Source of the DNA: Candidatus Bathyarchaeota archaeon
Lineage (GTDB): Archaea > Thermoproteota > Bathyarchaeia > TCS64
Assembly (NCBI GenBank): GCA_030613835.1
Contig: JAUWLH010000002.1
Location: 1-36,522, forward strand
Reading direction: 5' to 3'
Length of the DNA: 36,522 bases
Position numbers and translations under genes: made by a program
The notes under the pieces: model-generated
What the model was told of the DNA's origin: nothing
What the model saw: the letters and a program-made list of their open reading frames with translations, nothing else
Databases searched by the model: none
Shown: positions 18,013 to 26,382 of the stretch, piece after piece
How positions within the stretch are numbered: the first letter of the stretch is position 1
Layout: every line of letters starts with the position of its first letter

Positions 18013-18463
18013 AGGTACGCCTCCTTAAGTTGTTGTCGTTGATATAACGCTGGAGCTCAGCCACGCTCCTGAACGTCCCGCCCTTTGCCTTCCTGTAAAG
18101 GCTGCGGTACGTTGAGACGCTGATGGTCCTGTTCTCCCTGAGCTTGACCAGCTTCTTCCTCTGGGCCCTGATGCGGTTCATCCAGCGGGTCTTCCTGCTG
18201 ACCACGGAGTACTTCTTTCCCTTCCTGCTTCCGGGTCCTATACGCCTGCCCTTTCTCTTTTTCTTGGCCAGCACGCGTGCCCTGCCCCTGCTTGGGCTGT
18301 TCTTGGGTAACGCCTTGATGGCCTTGGACTTTATCAGTGAACGGATCTCGACTCTCGTGATCGCCATGCTCACCTCGTCGCCCCGGTCTGGGTCTATCCA
18401 GACGCGGTGCACGCCGCAGTCGAGAACGGCTGACGCAATCTTGCGTTGACTTGATAGGTTCAT
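18005..18463 (-). CDS. rpl19e: 50S ribosomal protein eL19
   Basis: 152 aa, LSSQRKIAS...VWIDP motif, operon position. Confidence 0.9.
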   Translation of the reverse strand: MNLSSQRKIASAVLDCGVHRVWIDPDRGDEVSMAITRVEIRSLIKSKAIKALPKNSPSRGRARVLAKKKRKGRRIGPGSRKGKKYSVVSRKTRWMNRIRAQRKKLVKLRENRTISVSTYRSLYRKAKGGTFRSVAELQRYINDNNLRRRTFG

Positions 18464-18948
18464 TAATCGTCGTCCTCCTTTAGCTCTTCTTCCTCGGACT
18501 CATCTTCTTCCTCGTCCTCGTCATTAAGTTCCTCGAAGTCGTCCTCGGGCTCCATGACTCCTGGGTTGAGGATTCTGATCTTCAGCTCCTCAGCTTTCGC
18601 CAGTATGGTCTCTTTCTTTCTTCCGCCAACGGTTCCGCCTATCCTTGCGACCTGTGTCTCGGGATCGACCTTTTCAACGTCCTTGGCGTTCCAGACCATT
18701 ACCTCTTCCATTCCTGATGAGTGGAGTCCACGTACAGCTGCGGGTCCCCTGTATCCGATCTTTACAGACTTGGGCCATCCCTGTAGCTCGGTCCGCATCT
18801 TGTTGTCGATGCCTCTCGGTTTCTTCCAAATATCCTTGAGCCTTACAAATCTCCATGACTCGTACCTTTTGAAGTGTGGCCGTTTCTTTTTGATCCTATT
18901 TCGTATTCGTAATAGTCTTTTCTTTTCTGCTTGTTCCATTTGCCTCAC
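18463..18948 (-). CDS. rpl32e: 50S ribosomal protein eL32, with a roughly 30-aa poly-acidic C-terminal tail
   Basis: 161 aa. Core KKKRPHFKRYESWRFVRL...WKKPRGIDNK. Tail EPEDDFEELNDEDEEEDESEEEELKEDDD. Confidence 0.9.
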   Translation of the reverse strand: MRQMEQAEKKRLLRIRNRIKKKRPHFKRYESWRFVRLKDIWKKPRGIDNKMRTELQGWPKSVKIGYRGPAAVRGLHSSGMEEVMVWNAKDVEKVDPETQVARIGGTVGGRKKETILAKAEELKIRILNPGVMEPEDDFEELNDEDEEEDESEEEELKEDDD

Positions 18949-19478
18949 TCCTTTTTGTAGACGTAGATGCCGTCAAGGAATTTTCTTAGGTCCTTGTTCT
19001 TGATCTTCGTCGACTCCTGTATGTTTGCGGCTGTCTGGGCTACATGGTTGATATCAGCTCCGGTAACAATTATGTCATCCCCGTCCTGCGTGATCTCAAC
19101 GTTGCCCCTGATCCTTGCGACTCTCGGAGCCTGCTCACCGACGAAGTTATTGATTATAACTTTCTCCTTCTGAATGTTTATGGTCATAGGGAAGTGGATG
19201 AACACAATCTTTAGTCTGTATTTGAATCCCTCGGTCACACCGATTATCATGTTATTGACATGACTCGCGATGGTTTTGACGAGGGCTGCCTGTTTCCTCC
19301 TCGGGTTTTCGACCCAAATGCGGAGGCTGGAATCCTGATAGCCTATATTCAGGCCAGCGTGACCGAAATCATACTCTATCGCTCCATTGGTTCCTGTGAC
19401 TGCAACCTTATGCCCATTTAGGGTCAGGTTTACTCCCTCAGGTACCGTAACAATTTGCTCTACTATTTGAACAGTCAC
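18945..19478 (-). CDS. rpl6: 50S ribosomal protein uL6
   Basis: The track ORF extends to 19619 and overlaps uS8. The in-frame GTG at 19478 sits 12 nt after the uS8 stop and gives a 177-aa protein starting (M)TVQIVEQIVTVPEGV, the normal archaeal uL6 length. Confidence 0.85.
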   Translation of the reverse strand: MTVQIVEQIVTVPEGVNLTLNGHKVAVTGTNGAIEYDFGHAGLNIGYQDSSLRIWVENPRRKQAALVKTIASHVNNMIIGVTEGFKYRLKIVFIHFPMTINIQKEKVIINNFVGEQAPRVARIRGNVEITQDGDDIIVTGADINHVAQTAANIQESTKIKNKDLRKFLDGIYVYKKE

Positions 19479-19489
19479 TTTTTTTACAC

Positions 19490-19882
19490 CTAATAGACGT
19501 AGGCGAGCACTACGCCGCCTACGTTCTCTTCCTTTGCTTGGACGTGGTCCATTATGCCCTTGGGGGTGCTCAGTATGACAAATCCCATGTTTCTGCTGGG
19601 CAGGAAACGTTTCTCCCATTTCTCCATCTCGGAGACACGGGTCTTGTAGCGTGGCCTAACCGCCATGCACTTGTTGATCCTGCCAAATAGCTGTACCCGG
19701 AACTTGCCCTGACGACCATCATCGATGTACTCGATCTCTCCTACATATCCTTTGGACTGGATAAGGCGGAGTACACGTCCGACTATATCGGACGCTGGAG
19801 TGATGATACACTCGCCCTTGCGCCTACCCTCGTTGGCTAATATCGTATTTAATGCGTTTACTAGTGGGTCCAATATTATCAC
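19490..19882 (-). CDS. rps8: 30S ribosomal protein uS8
   Basis: 130 aa, GTG start, sequence and operon position. Confidence 0.9.
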   Translation of the reverse strand: MIILDPLVNALNTILANEGRRKGECIITPASDIVGRVLRLIQSKGYVGEIEYIDDGRQGKFRVQLFGRINKCMAVRPRYKTRVSEMEKWEKRFLPSRNMGFVILSTPKGIMDHVQAKEENVGGVVLAYVY

Positions 19883-20043
19883 CTATACTTTTTGAATCCC
19901 ATTTTTCCCGCTACCTCTCGGAAACACTGCCTGCATAAGTTTATGCCGTAGCGCCTGATGAGACCGTCGTGGGTCCCACACCTAGTACATCCTCGGCTTC
20001 CCTTACCATAGCTTCTTTCCTTAGGTGGAATCTGATTGCTCAA
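19879..20043 (-). CDS. rps14: 30S ribosomal protein uS14 (zinc-binding type Z)
   Basis: Found by hand; 54 aa, below the track cutoff. Translation: (M)[53 protein letters not shown], with CxxC...CxxC. The TTG start is 1 nt after the uL5 stop, and the TGA overlaps the uS8 GTG as GTGA. Confidence 0.85.
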   Translation of the reverse strand: MSNQIPPKERSYGKGSRGCTRCGTHDGLIRRYGINLCRQCFREVAGKMGFKKYR

Positions 20044-20044
20044 T

Positions 20045-20563
20045 TTATTCAAGCTCCATGGTCACGTCAAATTTCTCGGAGATGAACTCCCGAGACTCCT
20101 CTGGAGTTACACGGTGTGAACTTCCGACCTTTGACTGACCTCTCTTTTTTCTGTTTACCCTGAAGCCTGGTCTCTCAACGGTCGTCATGACATCCATGCC
20201 GATAATCCCAGTGGCAGGATCGTACCTGGTTCCTGGGATATCGATATGCTCTCGGATGCCGAATGCAAAGTTGCCATTCTTGTCGAAGCTTTTTGGGTTT
20301 ATCTTGTGCCTGACGGCTGTGAACGCCTTCTGTAGGAATGCGTCAGCTCGCTCGCCACGCAGTGTAACTGCACAGGCCATGGGTTCTCCTTTTCGGATTC
20401 CCCACTGCCTGATGGTCATCTTGGCTGAACGCTGTGAGGGATTCTGTCCTGTGATATCCTTCAGGATCTGCATCGCGTTACTCAGCGGCTGGCCGCTCTG
20501 GCCTACACTGATATTAACGACAACTTTCCCGATCTTTATCTGCTTCATTAAGTTATCGGACAT
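20045..20563 (-). CDS. rpl5: 50S ribosomal protein uL5
   Basis: 172 aa, sequence and operon position. Confidence 0.9.
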   Translation of the reverse strand: MSDNLMKQIKIGKVVVNISVGQSGQPLSNAMQILKDITGQNPSQRSAKMTIRQWGIRKGEPMACAVTLRGERADAFLQKAFTAVRHKINPKSFDKNGNFAFGIREHIDIPGTRYDPATGIIGMDVMTTVERPGFRVNRKKRGQSKVGSSHRVTPEESREFISEKFDVTMELE

Positions 20564-21300
20564 TATTCTTCCCCTGCGTTGAGTTTGATAACGGGCTCAT
20601 TTACGCCTACCACGAACAGGTATTTTGACAGTGTACGGATATCGTTCCCCTCAAGTGTCCTGATTGTCGCGGTCTTTTTCCAGCCTGGTTCAGTGCCGAG
20701 TCCAGTGAGGACTCCTTGTTCGCCCTGGCTTTTGCCGCCCGTGATTATTACCTGCTGCATCTCCTTGAACTCGATAGAGTCCTGGATCTCCTTTTCAGGT
20801 ACCTTTATCTTCAGCACGTCGTTAACCTTGTACTTGTCAGTCTCTGTGTTGAGTACCACGTTGTTTCCATCGTGGAGGTTCAGCTGGGTCTTGCCGGCCT
20901 TTAGGCTGGTCTTCCCGATGATCCTGCACAGTTTGAATTGGGCCTCCTCAGCCGTGATGGCGAGGAACTTTAGCTTGCCACCGTGATCCGGGAGCACCCT
21001 GAAGTACTCCTTGGTGTCAGGGATATGAACTACGTCCATCAGTCCAACAGGAAACCTGTCGTCCTTCCTGACCTTACCATCGATAAGCATTTTGCCGTTC
21101 TTGATTAGTGATTTTGCCTCACGTGCAGTGGTGGCGTACTTGAACTGGTCTCTCAGTATCACCTTCGTCGGGATGCTTGTTTTCAAGCTGTGTGGGCCTG
21201 AGCTTGGTCTTACTGCCCAAGTGCCACCCTTACGGTGGATGGGCCAGAAAGCTGGACTCATATGCCTCTTTAGATGCTTTGTTGGTCCTTTGTTTCCCAT
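20563..21300 (-). CDS. rps4e: 30S ribosomal protein eS4
   Basis: The internal ATG at 21300 (MGNKGPTKHLKRHMSPAFWPI...) lies 2 nt after the uL24 stop, giving 245 aa. The track ORF start at 21351 would overlap uL24. Confidence 0.9.
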   Translation of the reverse strand: MGNKGPTKHLKRHMSPAFWPIHRKGGTWAVRPSSGPHSLKTSIPTKVILRDQFKYATTAREAKSLIKNGKMLIDGKVRKDDRFPVGLMDVVHIPDTKEYFRVLPDHGGKLKFLAITAEEAQFKLCRIIGKTSLKAGKTQLNLHDGNNVVLNTETDKYKVNDVLKIKVPEKEIQDSIEFKEMQQVIITGGKSQGEQGVLTGLGTEPGWKKTATIRTLEGNDIRTLSKYLFVVGVNEPVIKLNAGEE

Positions 21301-21302
21301 TT

Positions 21303-21689
21303 TTAAACCTCCGCGCTGAAGCCTTTGCGCTCCAGAATATCTTTTCTCCATTGGTCGTTGAGGTTCAACCTCGTGATTATAACGTTCTCGGCCCTTACCG
21401 GGATCTGAACCATAGATCCATCCTGGCGTGTTCTTGTGACGCCCTCGATGTAGACCTTGCTCTCAGCGGTGTTTACCTTGAGAACCTTACCCTCGGATAG
21501 CTTTCTGTCGCCCTTGGTGATGCTGACGGTGTCGTCAACGATTACTGGCATGGAACGTGTCCCATACTCAGCCCTTAGGCTTGGGGATAGCGGTGCTGAG
21601 AGGAATTTACGCTTGATGTGGTGCGGCGCGTTGTACCTGCGTCTTCTTGCAGTTGATGGCTTCCTGATGCCTTTCTTCATCTTAGACAA
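21303..21689 (-). CDS. rpl24: 50S ribosomal protein uL24
   Basis: 128 aa, KOW-type region, operon position. Confidence 0.9.
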   Translation of the reverse strand: MSKMKKGIRKPSTARRRRYNAPHHIKRKFLSAPLSPSLRAEYGTRSMPVIVDDTVSITKGDRKLSEGKVLKVNTAESKVYIEGVTRTRQDGSMVQIPVRAENVIITRLNLNDQWRKDILERKGFSAEV

Positions 21690-22101
21690 CCATCCTTGCT
21701 AGGTTCCCAATCCTAGACCAGCGCTGGACTGCCTCCTGCGCAACCGGCCCCTTGATATCGGATCCCCTCAGAGTGCCCTCAGCAGTCAGTATGACGGCTG
21801 CATTGTCCTCGAACTGGATCCTGCTGCCGTCCTGCCTCTGGTATGGACGCCTCTGCCTTACAATAACAGCGTTGAAGAGCTGCCTCCTCATCTCGGGTGT
21901 ACCCTCCCTGCATGAGACAATCACAAGGTCGCCTATGCCTGCTGAGGGTAACCTACGCCTACGGCCCTTGTACCCAACCATCTGAATTATCTTCAGCTTC
22001 CTTGCACCCGTGTTGTCCGCGCAGTTAACCACGCTGCCAATCGTGAGTCCGCCGCTGGTCTTCCGCCTTGGAAGAATACGACGTTTAATTCTCTTACTCA
22101 T
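21682..22101 (-). CDS. rpl14: 50S ribosomal protein uL14
   Basis: 139 aa, VVNCADNTGARKL motif. Confidence 0.9.
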   Translation of the reverse strand: MSKRIKRRILPRRKTSGGLTIGSVVNCADNTGARKLKIIQMVGYKGRRRRLPSAGIGDLVIVSCREGTPEMRRQLFNAVIVRQRRPYQRQDGSRIQFEDNAAVILTAEGTLRGSDIKGPVAQEAVQRWSRIGNLARMVV

Positions 22102-22105
22102 GCGA

Positions 22106-22420
22106 TTAAGCCTCCTTGATCATCTCGACTACGACGAAGGACTTTGTCTTGCTGAGTGGCCTGCACTCCGCGATCCTTACGATGTCACCGACCTTTAGCG
22201 GGATACATGTGGTGCTGTGAGCTGGGATACGGCTCCTCATCCGAGCGTATCTCTCATATTTTTTATCATACCTGAGGTAGTTTAACTGTACTATACACGA
22301 CTTTTGCATACGAGCACTAACAACTGTAGCCTCCATGATCCTGCCCCTTACGGCTAACTCGCCGTGAAACGGACAGTCCTTGTCGCTGCATTCTAGCTCA
22401 GGTTTCTTAAGGGATATCAT
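22106..22420 (-). CDS. rps17: 30S ribosomal protein uS17
   Basis: 104 aa, CxDxxCPFHG N-terminus typical of archaeal uS17. Confidence 0.9.
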   Translation of the reverse strand: MISLKKPELECSDKDCPFHGELAVRGRIMEATVVSARMQKSCIVQLNYLRYDKKYERYARMRSRIPAHSTTCIPLKVGDIVRIAECRPLSKTKSFVVVEMIKEA

Positions 22421-22432
22421 TTCCTTTTTGCC

Positions 22433-22660
22433 CTACCATTTCCTTTTGTTCTGTTTTTTTACCCGGTCCTCGGGTCTTCCTATGAGGGTTCTTCCCTCTA
22501 CTTTGACGGCTACTCCGTCCAGACTGAACCTGAAGACAGCGTCTTTCTTGGCTATCCGCTTCAGCCCAGCGCTCTGGATGACAAGGGTTTTCATGGTCTC
22601 GTCAACCACTTTTCCCCTGAGTTTGACATTGGATGGGTTGCTGTCATTCAGCACCTCCAC
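22433..22660 (-). CDS. rnp1: RNase P protein component 1 (Rpp29/Pop4); the true start may lie upstream
   Basis: 75 aa from the GTG at 22660. GKVVDETMKTLVI and the conserved position between uL29 and uS17 identify it. The frame stays open upstream through ...PPELAYILRSELVGLE with no ATG, GTG or TTG. Confidence 0.75.
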   Translation of the reverse strand: MEVLNDSNPSNVKLRGKVVDETMKTLVIQSAGLKRIAKKDAVFRFSLDGVAVKVEGRTLIGRPEDRVKKQNKRKW

Positions 22661-22719
22661 CTCAAGTCCTACTAGTTCGCTTCGAAGGATGTAAGCTAGT
22701 TCAGGGGGAACCAGTCTCG

Positions 22720-22917
22720 CTACTCCTCCTCGTTGATGACGGTCAGGATACGGGCGATTGCCTTCCTGAGCACCTTGGCCCTGCCAGGGTTCTCAACGGC
22801 TCCGCCAGCCATGATCATCGTCTTCATCTTCGTGACCTCAGTCCGCAGCTCCTGGAGTTTCTCGTTCCTCTCTGCCTCGGACATATCACGGATTTCCTGC
22901 ATTCGGACGATAGGCAT
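22720..22917 (-). CDS. rpl29: 50S ribosomal protein uL29
   Basis: 65 aa, sequence and operon position. Confidence 0.9.
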   Translation of the reverse strand: MPIVRMQEIRDMSEAERNEKLQELRTEVTKMKTMIMAGGAVENPGRAKVLRKAIARILTVINEEE

Positions 22918-23700
22918 TACTGCTTCTCCTCCTCAGGCTGGTCATCTGTGGCTTCCTCTGCCTTATCGGCCTCGGGCTTAGGCTTGACTTTTGGCTCGGG
23001 TTCCACTTTTTCTACCTCGGGTTCGGCCACTGGCTTTGGCTCTGAGACAAGCTCCGGCTCAGCCGCTGGTTCCTTTGGTGCCTCCTCTGGCGCGGTAACC
23101 TCAGGTGCTGACTCCTTAATGACTGGCTCAGCCTGTGGCTCCTCTACTGCCTCGGGTTCTATTTCAACTGCTTCCTCAGGGGCTGATTCCTCAACCACTG
23201 GATCCACAGCAGGCTCCTCAACAGGAGTTTCTTCCTGTGCGGATGCCTCTTCTTCGACAACCTCATCAACAGTAGCTGGCTCGGCTGCCTCGATTATTTC
23301 TTCGACTGCTGGCTCCTCTGCAACTGATTCCTCAGTGACTGCTGCCACTGGCTCCTCAACAGCTGGTTCCTCTACAGTTGTTTCTACCTCGACAACTGGT
23401 TCAGCTGTCTTAAGTATCTCCTCAACAGTCTCGGGTACTTCCTCGACTGCTGGCTCTTCCATGGCTGGTTCCACGGGGGCTGACCCCTCAACCACCGCTT
23501 CCTCAACCACTGGATCCACAGCAGTCCCCTCCACTTGAGTCTCCTCCTGTGCGGGTGCCTCCTCCGATGCAGCCTCATCCGTAATGACTGGCGTGGCTAC
23601 CTCGACACCTGGCTCGACGGCTTTGATTGTCTCTTCGACTACGGGCTCAACTGCCACGGGAACCTCGGCAACTATTTCTGGTTCCTCCATAGGTAGCTGG
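22917..23700 (-). repeat. Low-complexity, internally duplicated coding repeat region (uS3 tail)
   Basis: An exact 24-nt duplicate, CCTCAACCACTGGATCCACAGCAG, occurs at 23189-23212 and 23501-23524 (312 nt apart, in frame). At protein level, three degenerate VEE(T/I)I(K/L/E).(A/V)EP modules and two EEA.AQEET.VE...VDPVVEE modules. Confidence 0.8.
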
Positions 23701-24308
23701 TACTCGATGTCAGGTAGGCCCTCAAGGCTCACCTTGTCAGGGAACTTTGCGTCAGGTGGAACGATCTTCACCGTAACGCCCAATGTGCCCCTCTTCATTT
23801 TAACGTGAATAGTCGCGGTCTTCACGTTTCTCAGTGCGGGCTCTCCCGACTTTGGCACGTATCCCTCGACTACCTTCTCGAAACGTGATCTGGCGCTTCT
23901 AAGTGGGCCCTTTAGCAGTATCTCGCATCCAAGTGCCCCACTGTCCATTATACGCCTTAGGCTCCAGAAGATTGCTCTCCTGAAGTGGACTCCCCTCTCC
24001 AACGCGTTGGCTATCCTTGAAGCCATGATCGCGGGGTTAAGCTCAGGGACCTCGACCTCAATAACCGTAATCTGTGGGTTAGGTAGGCCAAGCTCTTTCT
24101 CAAGCCGCTCTGATGCGGCCTTGATTGCCCTACCCCTCTTACCGATGACCCTTCCGGGTTTCATGGCGTAGAGGTTAATCTGTGCACCCATGGGGGTCTT
24201 GGTCAGAGTGATTCCCCCGTATCCTGCCTGCTCGTACTCCTCTGCAAGCAGTTCATCGACTTTAACCCTTTCGATGTTGTTCTTGATGATTCTTCTGACT
24301 ATTGACAC
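22917..24308 (-). CDS. rps3: 30S ribosomal protein uS3 with a roughly 250-aa acidic, repetitive C-terminal extension
   Basis: 463 aa. Residues 1 to about 205 are a normal KH-domain uS3. The remainder is E/P/V/A-rich low complexity in the same frame with no stop. Confidence 0.9.
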   Translation of the reverse strand: MSIVRRIIKNNIERVKVDELLAEEYEQAGYGGITLTKTPMGAQINLYAMKPGRVIGKRGRAIKAASERLEKELGLPNPQITVIEVEVPELNPAIMASRIANALERGVHFRRAIFWSLRRIMDSGALGCEILLKGPLRSARSRFEKVVEGYVPKSGEPALRNVKTATIHVKMKRGTLGVTVKIVPPDAKFPDKVSLEGLPDIEYQLPMEEPEIVAEVPVAVEPVVEETIKAVEPGVEVATPVITDEAASEEAPAQEETQVEGTAVDPVVEEAVVEGSAPVEPAMEEPAVEEVPETVEEILKTAEPVVEVETTVEEPAVEEPVAAVTEESVAEEPAVEEIIEAAEPATVDEVVEEEASAQEETPVEEPAVDPVVEESAPEEAVEIEPEAVEEPQAEPVIKESAPEVTAPEEAPKEPAAEPELVSEPKPVAEPEVEKVEPEPKVKPKPEADKAEEATDDQPEEEKQ

Positions 24309-24769
24309 TAGTACTCCTCCACTGCGACCTCGATGTGGGTCAGGTGCTTGTAGTATGGCGATGCTCTTCCGAACGCCCTAGGAATGAACTTCCTGATGAC
24401 CCTTGCCCTGTGGGCGGCCATGTGAATTATCCTGAGCCTGTCTGCGTATAATCCCTTGAACTCGGCGTTAGCCTCCACTGAGTCCAAGATTTTCAGTATC
24501 TCTCCGGCGGCCTTTTCAGGGTATCTTCCGGCATCGTGACCGTTAAGTCCTTTACGATGGGGGGTCTTGCCTCTATACCGGTAGTAGGGTACTGCGCGTT
24601 TCTTGTCTATGACGTCGTTTAGGAATGTCTTTGCATCGTCCAGTTTCATTCCTTTGAGTGTGTTACAGATCTCACGTGATATTTTTGGTTTAATCCTGAG
24701 ATCCCTGCCGCTGGCTATGGCGGTCTTATCAGGGTCTAGCCCTTGCACTGAATATTTCCATGATGGCAT
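24308..24769 (-). CDS. rpl22: 50S ribosomal protein uL22
   Basis: 153 aa, sequence and operon position. Confidence 0.9.
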   Translation of the reverse strand: MPSWKYSVQGLDPDKTAIASGRDLRIKPKISREICNTLKGMKLDDAKTFLNDVIDKKRAVPYYRYRGKTPHRKGLNGHDAGRYPEKAAGEILKILDSVEANAEFKGLYADRLRIIHMAAHRARVIRKFIPRAFGRASPYYKHLTHIEVAVEEY

Positions 24770-24805
24770 ATACGCACCGTGTGTCTACCTTGAATCCAGC
24801 CTTCG

Positions 24806-24813
24806 TATATAAA
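24806..24813 (-). promoter_or_regulatory. Consensus archaeal TATA box (TTTATATA on the minus strand) about 40 nt upstream of the uL22 ATG
   Basis: Seen directly in the AT-rich 183-bp spacer between uS19 and uL22. Confidence 0.5.
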
Positions 24814-24925
24814 TCGTTCTGAATGGTAGGTATTTTTGTCGATGTCTACTTACTTTCGTCATTTTGTATATTCATATATGTTCTTCATTGAAATTCTATC
24901 GTTTTAATGATGAGCTATTGTAATG

Positions 24926-24940
24926 AAAAATATGTAAAAT
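24926..24940 (-). terminator. Oligo-T tracts (TTTT, TTTTT on the minus strand) directly after the uS19 stop
   Basis: The minus strand reads ...CATTTTACATATTTTTCATT... beginning about 12 nt after the uS19 stop. Confidence 0.35.
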
Positions 24941-24952
24941 GAAGTAGGAATA

Positions 24953-25336
24953 CTACTTCAGTGGGATGTACATGCTACTACGCGATGCTCCGATACCGGG
25001 GCGTCCATGGCGTACTATTGCCATTGGGCTCGCATATTCGCCAAGATAGTGGCCAAGCATCTTCTGGTTGATGACAACCTCCCTAAAATCCCTGCCAGTG
25101 TAGCAGTAGATGGTCTTACCCAGCATATCAGGCACGATGACCAGGTCTCTTGCGTGAGTCCTGACCGGTTTGCCTTTATTTCTCCTGAGTTTCTCAAGAA
25201 CGATCCTCTGCTCTGCGCTGAGACCCCGTTGGAGGCTTCTCCTCATCCTTGAAGGAAGCAGTCGGATGAACTCGTCCATTGACATGTCCTGAAGCTCCTC
25301 GACCGTCTTTCCTCTGTAGTTAAAGTCTTTGGGCAT
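24953..25336 (-). CDS. rps19: 30S ribosomal protein uS19
   Basis: 127 aa, sequence and operon position. Confidence 0.9.
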   Translation of the reverse strand: MPKDFNYRGKTVEELQDMSMDEFIRLLPSRMRRSLQRGLSAEQRIVLEKLRRNKGKPVRTHARDLVIVPDMLGKTIYCYTGRDFREVVINQKMLGHYLGEYASPMAIVRHGRPGIGASRSSMYIPLK

Positions 25337-25371
25337 ATTGTTTCACCTGTAGTTTAAGGGGTATTAAACCC

Positions 25372-26097
25372 TTAGTTTCTCCTCCTCTGGCGCCTTCCGC
25401 TGTTACGTGCGGCGATCAGCCCTACCTTTGCACCTGGTGGCGCATGGCGGCTGACAGTCGTTGATTTACCTGGCCTCCTATGGCGACCTCCTCCGTGGGG
25501 GTGCATGGCGGCTGGCATCTTTACGCCGTGGGCGGTTGGGTATTTGTGTCCCTTTGCCTTCTTTTTGTGGAACTTTTCACCGGCCTTCATGAAGGGTCGC
25601 TCTAGGCGTCCCCCTCCACTGATGATGCCGATGGTGGCCCTTGAGTTGCTTGTTACTCTGATGATTCGTCTGCTTGGTAGTCTAACTGTGGTGTAGTTGT
25701 CAATGTGTGCTATTACTGTGCCGAATGCTCCACTGCTTCTGGCGATCTTACCGCCGTCGCCTGGACGTAGCTCGATATTGGACACCATTGTTCCTTCAGG
25801 TATTTCCTTCAGGTGGAGAACGTTGCCCACTTTGGGGTCCGCGCCTACGCCAACCATGATTGGTTGGTTCAGGCTGATGCCCTCTGTGGCCGTGACGTGG
25901 TATCCATTACCGGGGCTGAACTCGATATACGCAAGGGGTGCTCCCCTCCCGGGTTCATGCTCCATTGATTTAACAAAACCCTGCTGCACTTCCGCTGTGA
26001 TAGTGGGGTACTTTGATGGCGCCTTCTTGTTCATTTTCGCCGCTTTGTACGTATGTCCTCCGCGGCCTCTTCTCTGTACTCTTAGTTTCTTTCCCAT
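25372..26097 (-). CDS. rpl2: 50S ribosomal protein uL2
   Basis: 241 aa, HPHGGG motif. Confidence 0.95.
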   Translation of the reverse strand: MGKKLRVQRRGRGGHTYKAAKMNKKAPSKYPTITAEVQQGFVKSMEHEPGRGAPLAYIEFSPGNGYHVTATEGISLNQPIMVGVGADPKVGNVLHLKEIPEGTMVSNIELRPGDGGKIARSSGAFGTVIAHIDNYTTVRLPSRRIIRVTSNSRATIGIISGGGRLERPFMKAGEKFHKKKAKGHKYPTAHGVKMPAAMHPHGGGRHRRPGKSTTVSRHAPPGAKVGLIAARNSGRRQRRRN

Positions 26098-26106
26098 CTC
26101 TCACAC

Positions 26107-26382
26107 CTACAATATTCCCAGACGGATAGCGACGTCTGATGCGTCGTACTCGTCCGTAAGCTTAACGAATGCTTTCTTGGTTCCCTTTCTAGTGATTAGC
26201 GTATTAATATCCTCGGCCTCGACTTCGTAGAGTTCCTTGATAGCAGCTGCGATCTGGTGCTTGTTGGCGCGCCTGTCGCAGATGAAGACGAGTTTGTTCT
26301 CGTTCTCGATCATGTTGACGCTGCGCTCAGTCATCAATGGGAACATTATGATTTCATGTGCTTCCATTTTTATCTCATCCAT
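26107..26382 (-). CDS. rpl23: 50S ribosomal protein uL23
   Basis: 91 aa. An alternative ATG at 26367 would remove the 13-nt overlap with uL4. Confidence 0.85.
   Translation of the reverse strand: MDEIKMEAHEIIMFPLMTERSVNMIENENKLVFICDRRANKHQIAAAIKELYEVEAEDINTLITRKGTKKAFVKLTDEYDASDVAIRLGIL

Noticed and set aside
18945-19619. Long 224-aa version of uL6 and long versions of eS4 (start at 21351) and EndA (start at 11913)
   Set aside because: The upstream extensions overlap the preceding conserved genes or add non-homologous N-termini. Internal starts (19478 GTG, 21300 ATG, 11961 ATG) give family-typical N-termini and lengths.
22633-23538. 301-aa plus-strand ORF rich in Ser/Thr/Gly/Ala
   Set aside because: It is the antisense reading of the GAG/GAA/CCT-rich repeat that encodes the uS3 acidic tail. 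Low-complexity repeats stay open on both strands. It overlaps uL29 and Rpp29 as well, and has no start context of its own.
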